From Trichoplax adhaerens (taxonomy: Eukaryota > Animalia > Placozoa), in NCBI RefSeq assembly GCF_000150275.1, contig NW_002060963.1:381502-445501 (forward strand): 64,000 nucleotides of DNA, read 5' to 3'. The notes under the pieces are model-generated. The model was not told the DNA's origin. It worked only from the letters and a program-made list of their open reading frames with translations, and did not search any database. Shown here piece after piece: positions 23,955-35,917 of the stretch; the stretch's first letter is position 1, and each line of letters begins with the position of its first letter. The position numbers were made by a program, and so were the translations under genes.

Positions 23955-26900
23955 CTACAATTTATGAATCATCAATGCATCAACAATACTACCAATCTCC
24001 AGCCTTTTCAGGTTATCCTGTTTTGGTGGTAACATTAATAAGGCATTAGCACTACGCATACTAGTAATACGACTACTGCATTGACTACCAGTAGTACTAG
24101 CTATTGGTAGATTTTCTTGACTTGGCCAGGATAAAACAGTACGATGATATTCAGGTCGGGCATCCAAATTTATTCCAAATCCCAACTACATCAGACGAAA
24201 AATATGGCTTATCAATAATCAACGACTAGCTAACAAATTTTTATAGTATCTACATAAGGGCACAAAATCAGTATTAAGTGGTTAATATGATACTCAAACT
24301 ACGTTCTGCCTGCTAAATTAAAATCAAAACAAAACAGAAATTGAGACAATAGACTACGAATCAAATTTCAATAGCTTGATTAATAAGTATTAGTAGAACG
24401 TAATAGAAACTTATTATGTGCTAGTAAATTATTAGCTAATATAGCTATGAGTACGTTAATGGTAGCAAATTACAATATACAGTCATTTCTTACTTTAGCC
24501 TTGACGATAGAGGCCTGAGGTCGTGAATATCCGGCCATTTTTCGTAATGCAGGAATTACAAACAGATGGCACGTTACAACTGCAGATACTGGGTTGCCTA
24601 GATATTGCATATACTATATATCAGTTTCCATGCATTATATCCAATTATCAAATTTTACGACTCGACAAATAATACTACTTTACCAGGCAGGCAAAATATT
24701 AATTTAGTTTTTCCATTAAATGACGCCGTAGCAAACGTTGTAGGTTTTCTGGTAATCGCATAAAAAGTACATAAAAAATCTTAAAGTTCACTTATAACAA
24801 GGCAGTTTTAGTGCTAATTAATTTTCGTTAACCCTGGTTTCATGAAAACACGTCCGAAATGAATCGTTGCATCGAGTACACCGCGGAGAACACCTTTTAA
24901 GTAGTCCTTAAGTTATAAAATATGAAATAGTAAACTTAATCCCATTTTAAGATCTTCACGAAATTGACAATAAAATCCTCACTTTTTCACCCATTGATAC
25001 ACCACCCGAAGTAACAATCACATCAAATTTTGATAGCAGCTCTTTAAATTTCATAGATACCTCGTCTGGACTGTATATTAATACAGCATAAATGTACAAA
25101 TGATTAATTTGATAAAAGCTCAACTACATATTAAACAATTTCAAAAACGATCGGTCAATAACAATCATATATCTTGAACAGACCTGTCTCTTATTATTCC
25201 CATATCTACAGTTTCGAAGCCTTCGGATTTTAGCAGGCTAATGATACTAAAACGATTACTATCTCTAATTTGGCCGACACCTAAGGGCACACCAGGATCG
25301 CACACCTACAGTTTCGATTTATATTTTAAATCCACATATGGATACGCAAGATCTCGTAAAAATCAAACAATAATGAACTTACTTCGTTACCCGTTGAGCA
25401 TATAGCTATTAAGGGAGATTTATAAACTTTAACACTTGTACAGCCAACAGTTGCTAAGATTCCTAACTCTGCGGAGCCAATGTAATCATTAGCAGATAAA
25501 ACTTTTTCTCCAGCTTTGATATCAAAGCCAACAGGACGAATGTCTTGACCAACTTTTGGCTCTGATAATATTTTAACAGACAGCTCGACAGCACCCTACA
25601 TATAATGTGTAGATCCCAAAATATAATTGAAATGGTGTTTAAAGTATAGATTTTGTAGGCGTTTGCAGTATAGGTAGCATATACAAAAACTGATAGTAAT
25701 AACCTCATCAGAGGATTGAAAGAGTTCTGTATCTTCTACTTGTACGACTGCGTCAGCACCTTCTGGCACTACTGCTCCAGTACTAATTCGCGCAATACAG
25801 CCAGGTTTAACTCTGACATCGGACTGAGTCGGTAAAAGTTAAAATAGTAAAATAATTTAAATTACAATTTGCATGCATACCTCCATTGTAAAAAGGTTGT
25901 TATCATTCATTATACGTCTAATTAAACAATGTTTTAACAGCGAAAATACGATACTATAATGGCAACGGATATTAGAGATTAAATACCATATCGCCAGCAG
26001 TGATAGGCCCAATAACGGAACGTTTTCCAGGTCCATCAGCCGCTACCACAGCATAGCCATCTTTGATTGATGCTGGAAAAGGGGGAACAGGATCTGTAGC
26101 GTAAACATCGCTTGCTAAAACACGTCCATGAGCGTCTATTCCGTCAGAAATCAAAGTTATTAATTTGCTTCTGGCTGAAAAATTTCACATATACTATAAT
26201 ACGTATAAATATCTCGTACAACAGCACTCTTATCAAGCGGGCGTTTACAATTCACGACATTGCTGCAAAACAGAATTAACCTAATAGATTCTTGGTTTGT
26301 TCTTCTCCAACAGATTTAGCCTGCTCTAGCACAATTTTTATAGCTTCTTGAACAGGTAACATTGGAAATGGAGACTGTCTAGCCCGTTCTGCTACTTTAT
26401 AAAAGTCCTCACGAGCTTATCATTAAAGTTAAAAATTTAAAAATTAGTGCCATACGTTCGGTACCGCTGCAACTATCTGCACTTGTTTTTACATTACTGT
26501 TTCGCTGATTTGTTAAACAGAAAACTTTTACTTACATCGTGTTTGTTTCTGATCTGTACGCATATCTCCCATTTGTTCCTGGGTTTTATGCTTATGATGG
26601 CGACCATGAGGACAGGTGTGTGATACCGAACCCTACAATGAGACCCGTTAATGTAATGGATATAACAGTTCCTTTACTATATCTACTTTATACCTCAACA
26701 CTTTGTATTTCTTTATGTGCTGCTACAACTCGTTCAGATGAGTCTTGGATAAGGTCTAGGTATATTAGAAAAAGACGCAATATAACAAATATATTATAAA
26801 TACACATAAATACGCATGTCACTGTGATCAATATTGTTTGTGTACGATTTTATGAATCTTACCAAGTGCATGGGGTAGAGCTGGTTTAATAAATTCAAAA

Positions 26901-28300
26901 CATTCCTATAGGAGAAGTTTTACAAATAGACAATGTTGTTTAGGAAAGCCTTTGCAATTTGCTGGAGTTTTAGACAGCGTTAGTCTTCCCGTTTATATTT
27001 CATCGAAGTATGTCATTCAGAGTACCTGAGATCCTTTCATACTGCCAGGAAAGTTAACTATAAGGGTTTGTTTTCTGAAGCCACAAACAGGTCTAACAGA
27101 ATCAAAATTGATGGTTTAGTTGAATCTATTTTGATAATACTAGGTATATGTGTACAGCAATCGTAGCTGATGTGATCGATGAACAAAAAATATTAATTAG
27201 TAGCTGCTGTAACTGCGGATATACGTATGCTACAGAGTAAGCTTCGATACCTCGATAACATGGCCATCGGTGTTACGTTGAGTGACTTGGTAATCATTGC
27301 AATAACTAATCCAGGTGCTTCTCGATCAATGACTTGACTTGTAGCCTGTGATAATACAGAATTTTAATATAGCGAACCAGAGGTATTCCATACCAACCAT
27401 AAATCATAAACCTACCTCAGGTGTGACGTCTCTAGCAGCAAATCCCGTACCACCTGTAGTAAGGATTAAGTGCACCTTTACATTATCTGACCAATCTAGC
27501 AGAACGGCCTAGGCATAACAGGGAATTGAAATGCTCATCAATGAATGTTATGAATGTTATTAATGTGATGTTACATATGCGTATTCTATGCTGTACGTAG
27601 TAATATTATTATCTATTTGTTTCAATATTGCCAATTATCTTATTAGCATAGCTCGTAGGCTATCGAACAATTTCCATCCTACTACTGCCTATTTCGGATT
27701 TAAACTGCATGTAGTTATATTACACGTACAGTATGCTAAATTAAGCTATCCTCCAACCTCCAGGTCAGACTAACCTTGATATCATCTACTTCATCTGCTA
27801 CACATTTGTAAACAATGTTGGGATTTTCTCCAAAACTACGGAAAGAACATTTGTAGAATGATGAGCGTTTCAATTAATCATATTGTAGGTAATTGCATCA
27901 CTGATCGGGTCCTGTCCATTTTTTTTCAGCTAGCTTATCCAAACTTGGAATCGATACAGAGTAGTTACTGACTGTCAATGTACAACAAACACTACTGCAG
28001 CAAAACTGAACCCATGGTCAATAATACTGCTGACGTTTGCACAACGATTACCAGTTCTAGCATACCTGCCATCTTCTCGAATGATTCGTATTAAGTTAGG
28101 GCCACTCTTATCTTCAGCACTACCATTAGAGCAACGATCGCTAACTGTAAAGTAATTTTTATTTCATTAATAGCTATAGTTAAACTGCTATTGACGATTG
28201 TATCGCATTTAGCTGTGGCCACAGTTATGCAGCTCCATACATTTAGTATCTGGAACGTAATACCTGTTAATACACCAACTTTAAGAACTTGGGTAGACAT
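23955..28300 (-). CDS. GPHN: Gephyrin (fused MogA/G + MoeA/E molybdenum cofactor synthesis protein), multi-exon
   Basis: G domain: [12 protein letters not shown]|[46 protein letters not shown]|EC. E domain: [53 protein letters not shown]|KPTT, LPG|[36 protein letters not shown]. Confidence 0.95.
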
Positions 28301-29759
28301 GATCGATCGACCTTTGAGATTTTCTTTACGCCGCTTTCTACTCAGTATATGGATAATAGAAATTCGGTTGTACTCTAGAATAATCTAGATAGTTTGAATA
28401 AATCTGTCCAATACTGTTGAGGGTATAAAGGGACACGAAATGCTGATGGAAATTCGAGAGAGGTCGATCTAGATCTTTAATTAATACTCGCTGGTAATAA
28501 AGCATCAGTTTATTACATATTAATAATTATAATTTACAGTTCAATATTATACTATTATATTGTGTATTATAATGAGAGTTACAGCCATGCAGACATGCGG
28601 ACTGTAGAGCATAGTAGGTACACTACAGCCACGGACTATTCGAAATTTCTGGCAGTCTGTTGCTTAATATTCAATTCGAAATCTGCCAGAATTATTATTT
28701 TACCGTTCGACCTGGCTCCTGAATTGAAAAATTAATTATTACACCAAAATTTTAGTCTCTGTAGATCCTAGGGTCGCTACCGTGCACTGACCTCGCCGCG
28801 ATGACGAAACTGAGCGTTCTATTTTAGCACTTTTAAATACTGAATGATGCTAGATGCCTTAACAGCAAATTGCATTCGATCGTTGTAGTTCTGCTTGTCT
28901 ACATTAATCAGCAAACAAATTTAAGGGGCTTTTGCACCACTGCATAAATATATTGTTATATACTATACAGTCTTGTACATATTATGTAAAGAACTGTTGG
29001 CAAAACTTGTGTAAAGTTATTGATTTATAACCCTGGTAAGGTCGTAGTATAGCATCTGTAAGGATTCAACTGTGGATAATATCGCTATCGAGTTGATACG
29101 TATAGTTACGAGTGTCAACTCGATCTTCGACCTGCAATATTGCCATCGTCGGTTGAGATAAATTTCAATTTTCCAGCAGCCATTTTTACCATAGCAGCTC
29201 GAGCATCGAGGTAAAATGTTGCACTATGCAATCAATTGACCTTTTGTCATACTATTACTGTACAGTACGGAACATCCGGCCGCTCTCTAGCCATATACAG
29301 TATAGTTCCTCCACCGGATGATTATTATTGGCAGGTACATCACGAACGCTTCGGGTTTGTAAATACGTAGCCAAACTTTCCTAGCTGATAGAAGTTTGAT
29401 GAGTAAGAAGCTGCCGGTAGTAGAGAGAGAGAGCTGGTAGCTTATAGCTTGACTTACTAGTAAATTATAAATTGTAATTTAGTAGCATTGCAGCATTAAT
29501 GCATTTATCAAGACTTGATCAAGCCTATCGTTTCATATATGGGAATTGATGGAGCTTGAGCAATGACTGCAGGTTACTAGGTGTACAGAAAGAAACAAGG
29601 TTATTCATTTGCGGAGATTGTACTCTTGGATTTTGGACACCAATTAGAGTAAACATTCTTGCATCAACGTATCTAAAGCAGCATCTAGAGAAAAATTTGT
29701 AAGCTAGAGACAATCTTCCTTGAAAGACTCTGCCAATAAGCATACAAGTAATCTAAAAG

Positions 29760-32700
29760 ATGGCAGCAGTAAGTAAAGTCCTATTCTACAGATTTTAACG
29801 ATGTACTGTATTAGGTTGATAGATTTGTCTTAGCCTCATTCTGCAAATATCGTGGACTTCAGCAGCAGTAGCTGTACGTAGCAATGTTTCGCTTTATTAA
29901 CTCTTTCATCCACTGTGATGCGTCTAGAATGCATTAGATATAAATGACTCATACGGGGTGGATTATCAAGGATTTGTTGCGCTTCATTTAGGTAAAGTAA
30001 ACATTATTTTCTAAACAGGATAAGATACTAACTTTATTTCTGCGCTTGCACTGATAATATTGTCAACTAATTATACAGTACAGTAATTTTATTTCATCAT
30101 CCAATACGCGTCTATTGCATTACAATGTCAATAGCAATATTGTGCTTGCGCTTATTCAAGTAGGCATGGGATATTGTGTACTTGTTAATTATCATACGAA
30201 TATCTGTAAAATAGTATCAAAATTTACGGTTCTTTACAGTACCATGAATAAACGAGCTACTTTTAATCATTTTTAATGGCGAAATACATTCATCAATTAA
30301 TAAAATAGCTGCTTTATCATGTACAGGCGCTGGCAAACACCAAACTAGCTTAAGGCCGATTTACAAGCGAATTAGTCAGGAAGCTTGCTCAAAGGTGTTT
30401 ACAATAGCATGCAACGATATTGTGTAGTATAATACTCTGTAGCATCACATTGCATTAGGAAAAACGATGCTAAAGTCACTTACCAATGATCATTGTGCTA
30501 TATTGATATGCAGGCTTTAAGCACGTTAAGTGCTGAAAAATCAGTAACAAAGGCAGTCACAGAGGCTATGGTATCGTTAGAGGTGAGACTTCTGCTTGAT
30601 CAATCTTCTTGTAACATGATGATGTAATTAGCACCTCGCTGGAAGGATAGCAGACTTAACATTTCCACAAGTTGTAACTGTTAAATATGCAAATGTCCAT
30701 AAAAAATATCCGTAATAGAAATAGCCACACTTCGAGTAATTAGCATCTATCTGTTACAGACATGTGGTGTTGTTAATGCAGGAGTGGGATCAGCATTGAA
30801 CTCTGATGGTGCTGTTCAGTGCGATGCTAGCATCATGGACGGCCAGAGTTTGGCATTTGGAGCTGTCGGTTGTGTATCTGGTAATGTGCGGAGATCTGAG
30901 TATAAATTCTTTGCAGTTAATGTCTCATAGTAAAGATCAGATTCTAATATAAGCTTCAAGTTTGCATTGTCATTCAAGAAGTCTTGCAAATTGAGGTCTA
31001 TTAACATATGTAGAGACGCATTTTATATTAAGCCTTAACTGTTAGCTTAATCGTTTTTATTAGTTTTATGTATGCTAATTAAATATTATTCCGCTTGTCT
31101 CATACCGTACAAAGGGATTCCAAATCCTACTCAAGTTGCCTTTGAAATTCTTCGTAACAGTAATAATCGTCATAGGCTAGGGTTGATATCACCCCTGTAA
31201 GTGCATCTATCTTAGCATATCACTTGGAAATATTCTTAGTATGACTACTTCACCATTATGATAATCTTATGCAATAAATAGTCTTTTAACAGGTGACGGA
31301 GCTAGAGATTTCGCAATTAAGAATGGTATCCACAACGCTCCTCCGGAATCATTGATTAGCGGTAGCTTTATTTATGGATAAATTAGCGCTGTCTTTAATG
31401 GTAGTACGCTTATGACCAGTATACAAGTATATCTGTATGCCTAGGGCTTCTCTTGACATCGCTGTAATCATCACATGGATTATTTGTACGCTATAAAATC
31501 AAATCGTTCATATTAGGATAGGGCAGTCGTATAGTATCAAATATAGACCATGCACTGTATTGGTGATACTGCAAGATTTCCCAGTGTCGCTCTACGTATG
31601 GTATTTACACTATAGTTGATCATCGATCTTCCCAATTTAAGACGATTAGTGTGATACGTTAATTTAAACTACGAAACTATCTTACTATGAGTGTTAATGA
31701 TATACCCAGTACTTTCACGATACAGTGTATGAACACATAAAGAATCAGCAGCAGTGCTTCATTCATTTTTATACTTGTACTATTCGCAGATTGTACATAG
31801 TATCCAAAGGCTTCTTATAACTGCTATAAAATTTAATTAATTATAGTGTTTTCTCAGTACTGCCGTATCGTTGTACTGAAAATGTCATGCCCTTATAATT
31901 CCTTCTACCTTTTTCCGTCGTTTAGATAAGGCTCTGAAAAAATATTTTAAAATTAAGGAAATGGTTGCTTCGCTCAAAAGCGCAACTACAGTTAACGAAA
32001 GTATAGGATGTTCGGTAAGGGTTGCTACACTGGCTACCAAATAGGTATGCTAAGCCTACCATATACTAATTGTTAAGAGTAAATTGATTTATTATTTAAT
32101 TTCTAGGACGATATTCAAGATACAATCGGGGTTATCTGTGTTGATTCATCTGGGCAAATTGCTGTAGCAGCCTCTAGTGGAGGAAATCAATTTAAAATGC
32201 CTGGCCGAATTGGACAAGTAATCTGTTCTGCTTGGCGTGTATTAAAAGCATTTAATACAATTTTTTAACTCTATTTTCTGCTAATAGTTTCTACTTCGAA
32301 AGTACAACACTATTTATTGGAAATACACATAACCATGTTCTTAGTCTATGATAAAGTAAAGTTGGCTATTTTTATCGTGTAATGCTTATTTTAAAATCTT
32401 TAATCATTGCTAGTCTGCAATCTACGGTGCTGGATGTTGTGCTTATAACGGTCATGAAAGTCACGGCTGCAGTGTCGCTGCGACTACAACAGGTATCACT
32501 AACTATAACTGAATTATTCAACGTGAATACAGCAGTCCGTTTAGCGAGACTTTAATGTGATTATTCCTATCTGTTTAGGTGTTGGAGAGCAGATTATCAG
32601 GACAAACCTGGCCAAACAACTTTGTGACGAAATTCTAAATCAGTAAGACAAGCGACACCGTTACCCTTACTTTATTTATAATTGCAGTTTCAGGCGGTCG

Positions 32701-33342
32701 TTTCAAAGAGAATGATGGCGCTTAATCGTGTATTATTTAATATTTACATGCTTTGATTAATATGTGTAGACAAGACTTACATGGAGCATTAGAGAAAACA
32801 TTTATAGAAACCTTTCTACGTCAGTCTAGTCATTTAAGTTCAATTTTCTATTCTTTGCAATTTATAAATTAACTCTTACATCCGTTATATTGTTATACTA
32901 TCAATTAGAGGCACCGGCGTTAGCATGCTACGAAAGAAAGCTAGCTGGAGCGTTATCGCTTATATACTATCCTAATAGTAATATAGGTATTAAAATATCA
33001 GCTAATTGTTTGATAAAATTTATACTTGTAGCACAACTGCATCGATATAGTGTGAAATATTAGTAATGGTAAATATATCTTGCCAGGATCATTATCATGG
33101 GCCTTTAATACAGCAGACATGATCGTTGCCTATCAATCTACTCAACATAATAAAATGCATGTAGGTTCATCGTTTACTATTTGGTAGATATCTGCTCGAA
33201 CGTTTGTACTACAATTCCAACATATTGATCCTATAAACTATCTAACATATGCGTTTCTAATTTTTAGTATCGCTTATCAACTCACTTGGATTCAGTGAAG
33301 ACTAAAAGTCCGACAATCCAAGGTGTTTCTTTTCGACTCTAG
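29760..33342 (+). CDS. TASP1: Threonine aspartase 1 (taspase-1), type-2 asparaginase family, multi-exon
   Basis: ATG GCA GCA|gtaagt at 29760. Spliced product includes GFVALHLG|[50 protein letters not shown], the autocleavage site [32 protein letters not shown]|SAIYGAG, TTGVGEQI and WAFNT..M. Stop TAG at 33340-33342. Confidence 0.9.
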
Positions 33343-34200
33343 CCTCGGCTGACTCATTTGATGTCATTTAAACATAGGAATATTTATGAAGAAGTATAGC
33401 CCCCAAATTTTTTGACGTGCTAATAGAATTATCGCGTCAAAGCAATAGCAAGTTATTTATGTACGTACTTGCATAGACCTGACAGCCTTGAAACTTATAA
33501 TAGACTGCAATAATTTGTAATATATAGAGCATAATTAAATTTCCGAGTTGAAGTAACAAGTTAATAGTAATTATAAATTTTGCAATATTGATTACCAATT
33601 TTGAGCAGACAATAAACTATTTCAGGCGTAGTCAATACGACCTGTTTTTATTATAAGAAAGAAGCTAATTAATACTTCTGTATTATATTCACTCAGCCCA
33701 AATGTGTATCATGTAAATAAAGTGGACTATTTTGTTCCAGTTACAAAATGGAATGTTGACATTATGAGTAAAAGCAACAACATGAGTGGGTTTCAATTTT
33801 TATACACTTTATACAGTAAGATTATTTTTATGGACATTGCAAACTAGCTCACCTGAGTTGGCATTTGGATACAATGATAAATAAGTGTGCATGCAGTCAC
33901 ATACAACAAGTTGAAATTAAAACCTTTACATCAAGAACTCTGTAAAATGCTGGTTGTTTACAAAATTGACGAGTTGTATAACGACAACATGCTCTTCAAT
34001 CAAGTAAAACTCCGCTGAAGTGACTACAAGTATCTCATTAAGATTCACTCATTTCCATTAGGTAGCCGGAACTGTCTGTTCTCTGTTTTAGCTATAGAAT
34101 TTAAGGCACTGAAATATTATCCTGGCAATGAATCTATATTTGCATTCTTTAGAACTCATTTATCGCTTGGTAAACTTGCGGGTAGAACAGCAAATCTGTT

Positions 34201-34845
34201 TTATCCTGTTTTGACTTTCTTAGTATTTGGTTCTTGATCGCTACTATCGTCATCGTCATCGTCATCATCATCTTCATCTTGTTGCTGATCATCTGAATAG
34301 ATTAAGGACTTTGATTAGTATTGTACTATGTTGATAACTCGTGTCCTAAGAAATACCCAGCTAAGTCTTTGTTACTAGAGGATAATTCTTTCCTACAAGA
34401 TGACTAACAGTCATTTTTTGAACGAGATACGCATGCATTTATTATTGGAGATGATTTTTGATGAAAACAAGCGAGTATGCTAATCATCCATCAGGAAATG
34501 ATATAGTGAGATTCGCTTGCTACGACCTATACACTATGATGCAATACTAGAATCCTATGCAATCTAGTACAATGTACATGATGGAAACTACAATAAGAGA
34601 TTTACAGTAAGTGCAAATCGCTATCATTATTTATTTCTATTCTACTTTGATGCACCTGGATCATTCGCCATGACACCGCTAGCTTGATCAGCAATAACTT
34701 TATTTATATCACTGCCAAAGTCGTGGCGTAAAGTCTGCAAAGACTGAACTACGGATGATATCTTGCCATCAAGCTGGTATGCATAATGACGAGTGTAATC
34801 CTGATCTTCAATTTGTAGCACCGCTGTCATCGATTTGGATGCCAT
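34201..34845 (-). CDS. GON7: Small acidic protein, GON7-like (KEOPS/EKC complex subunit), 2 exons (34845-34656, 34292-34201), ~93 aa
   Basis: MASKSMTAVLQIEDQDYTRHYAYQLDGKISSVVQSLQTLRHDFGSDINKVIADQASGVMANDP-D-DQQQDEDDDDDDDDDSSDQEPNTKKVKTG*. Size and layout match GON7/C14orf142: two N-terminal strands, an amphipathic helix, a poly-Asp tail and a terminal P-x-x-K-[KR]-x-K-T. The phase-1 splice is consistent. Confidence 0.6.
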
Positions 34846-34949
34846 TTTCAACTTCTTTCCTTTAAGTCAGCTGAAGTCTGCAACAACGTCGTTGGACGTA
34901 GCTGGCTTAGCCCAGCAGAATAGTCTCATACAGGCCAGTAGAGTGTATA

Positions 34950-35240
34950 GTACAATATGCAGTGCCGTACGATCGCATGTACAGTACTGTGCATCAAGTC
35001 TTTCTGTATACAGTATTTGCTTATTCGGATTTACGGTATGTACTGTACAGTATATACCGTACAGTACAGTATATTGTATACTTATGTACTGTACTGTACT
35101 TAGATTGTCAAGTTACAGTACAGTACTTCTATTATTGCTACCATTACTAGTACTGTACTGTACACTTTCCTTACAGTACATTCCATGGTCCACTTGGCAC
35201 AGTACTGTACACTGTACACTGTACACTGTAATGTACAGAT
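34950..35240. repeat. Low-complexity TACTGTAC/TACAGTAC cluster in the GON7-consortin divergent promoter
   Basis: Dense reiteration of tactgtac/tacagtac, e.g. gtactgtacactgtacactgtacactgta. Confidence 0.7.
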
Positions 35241-35917
35241 CTTGATGGTCTGGTCCGGAGAATAGAATTGGAAGATGGCCGACTACAGGGTACTCAATCT
35301 TACCTTACTAAAACTTTAGGTAAGATAGAGTCCTTGATAGTTTGCTTTGCGTTGTTTTGACCAGTATTACCAGTTAACCGCTCACCAATGACTATTTCCA
35401 CACTGGTCTTTTTCTCGATGCTTTTTAAACTGTCTGTAGAGAGTGCCAGGGACAACTCGACGGACTATAGTTAGCCAGTCCAAAATTACAGAGCGATTTT
35501 GTTGCAATAGGCCCCTTTTTAGGACTGGCTGAAAGAGTTTGTTTACACAGCTCCTATTGTGGATGATAGTGTGTACATGATACATGAGTTTGGTCTGTAC
35601 AACAGTACTGGAAACTGTAAGCACAGTAGTCGATAGACTGTGATAGCGGCAAATTTCAACGGACGCTTGTTGATAGACTGTCGGATAGACAGTATACGAG
35701 TAGACTGTAAGCTAGGCAAATTGCTCGTTGGCGTAGATTGAATTAAAGCTTTGGAGAGGCAAGACCCACTTGACCTGAATGAATTGCAAACTTTCCAATT
35801 TAACCCCCCATCCCATTCGACGATCACAACGTTGACAGTAGTTGAATAACATCGTTGATTGCATTGTCCATTCGTCTTGATCATTATTAATTAATTAGTT
35901 TAATTGACTCGAAAATC

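Noticed and set aside
34835-35884. Overlapping 60-136 aa ORFs between GON7 and consortin
   Set aside because: By-products of the TACTGTAC low-complexity tract or antisense/UTR sequence; compositionally biased.
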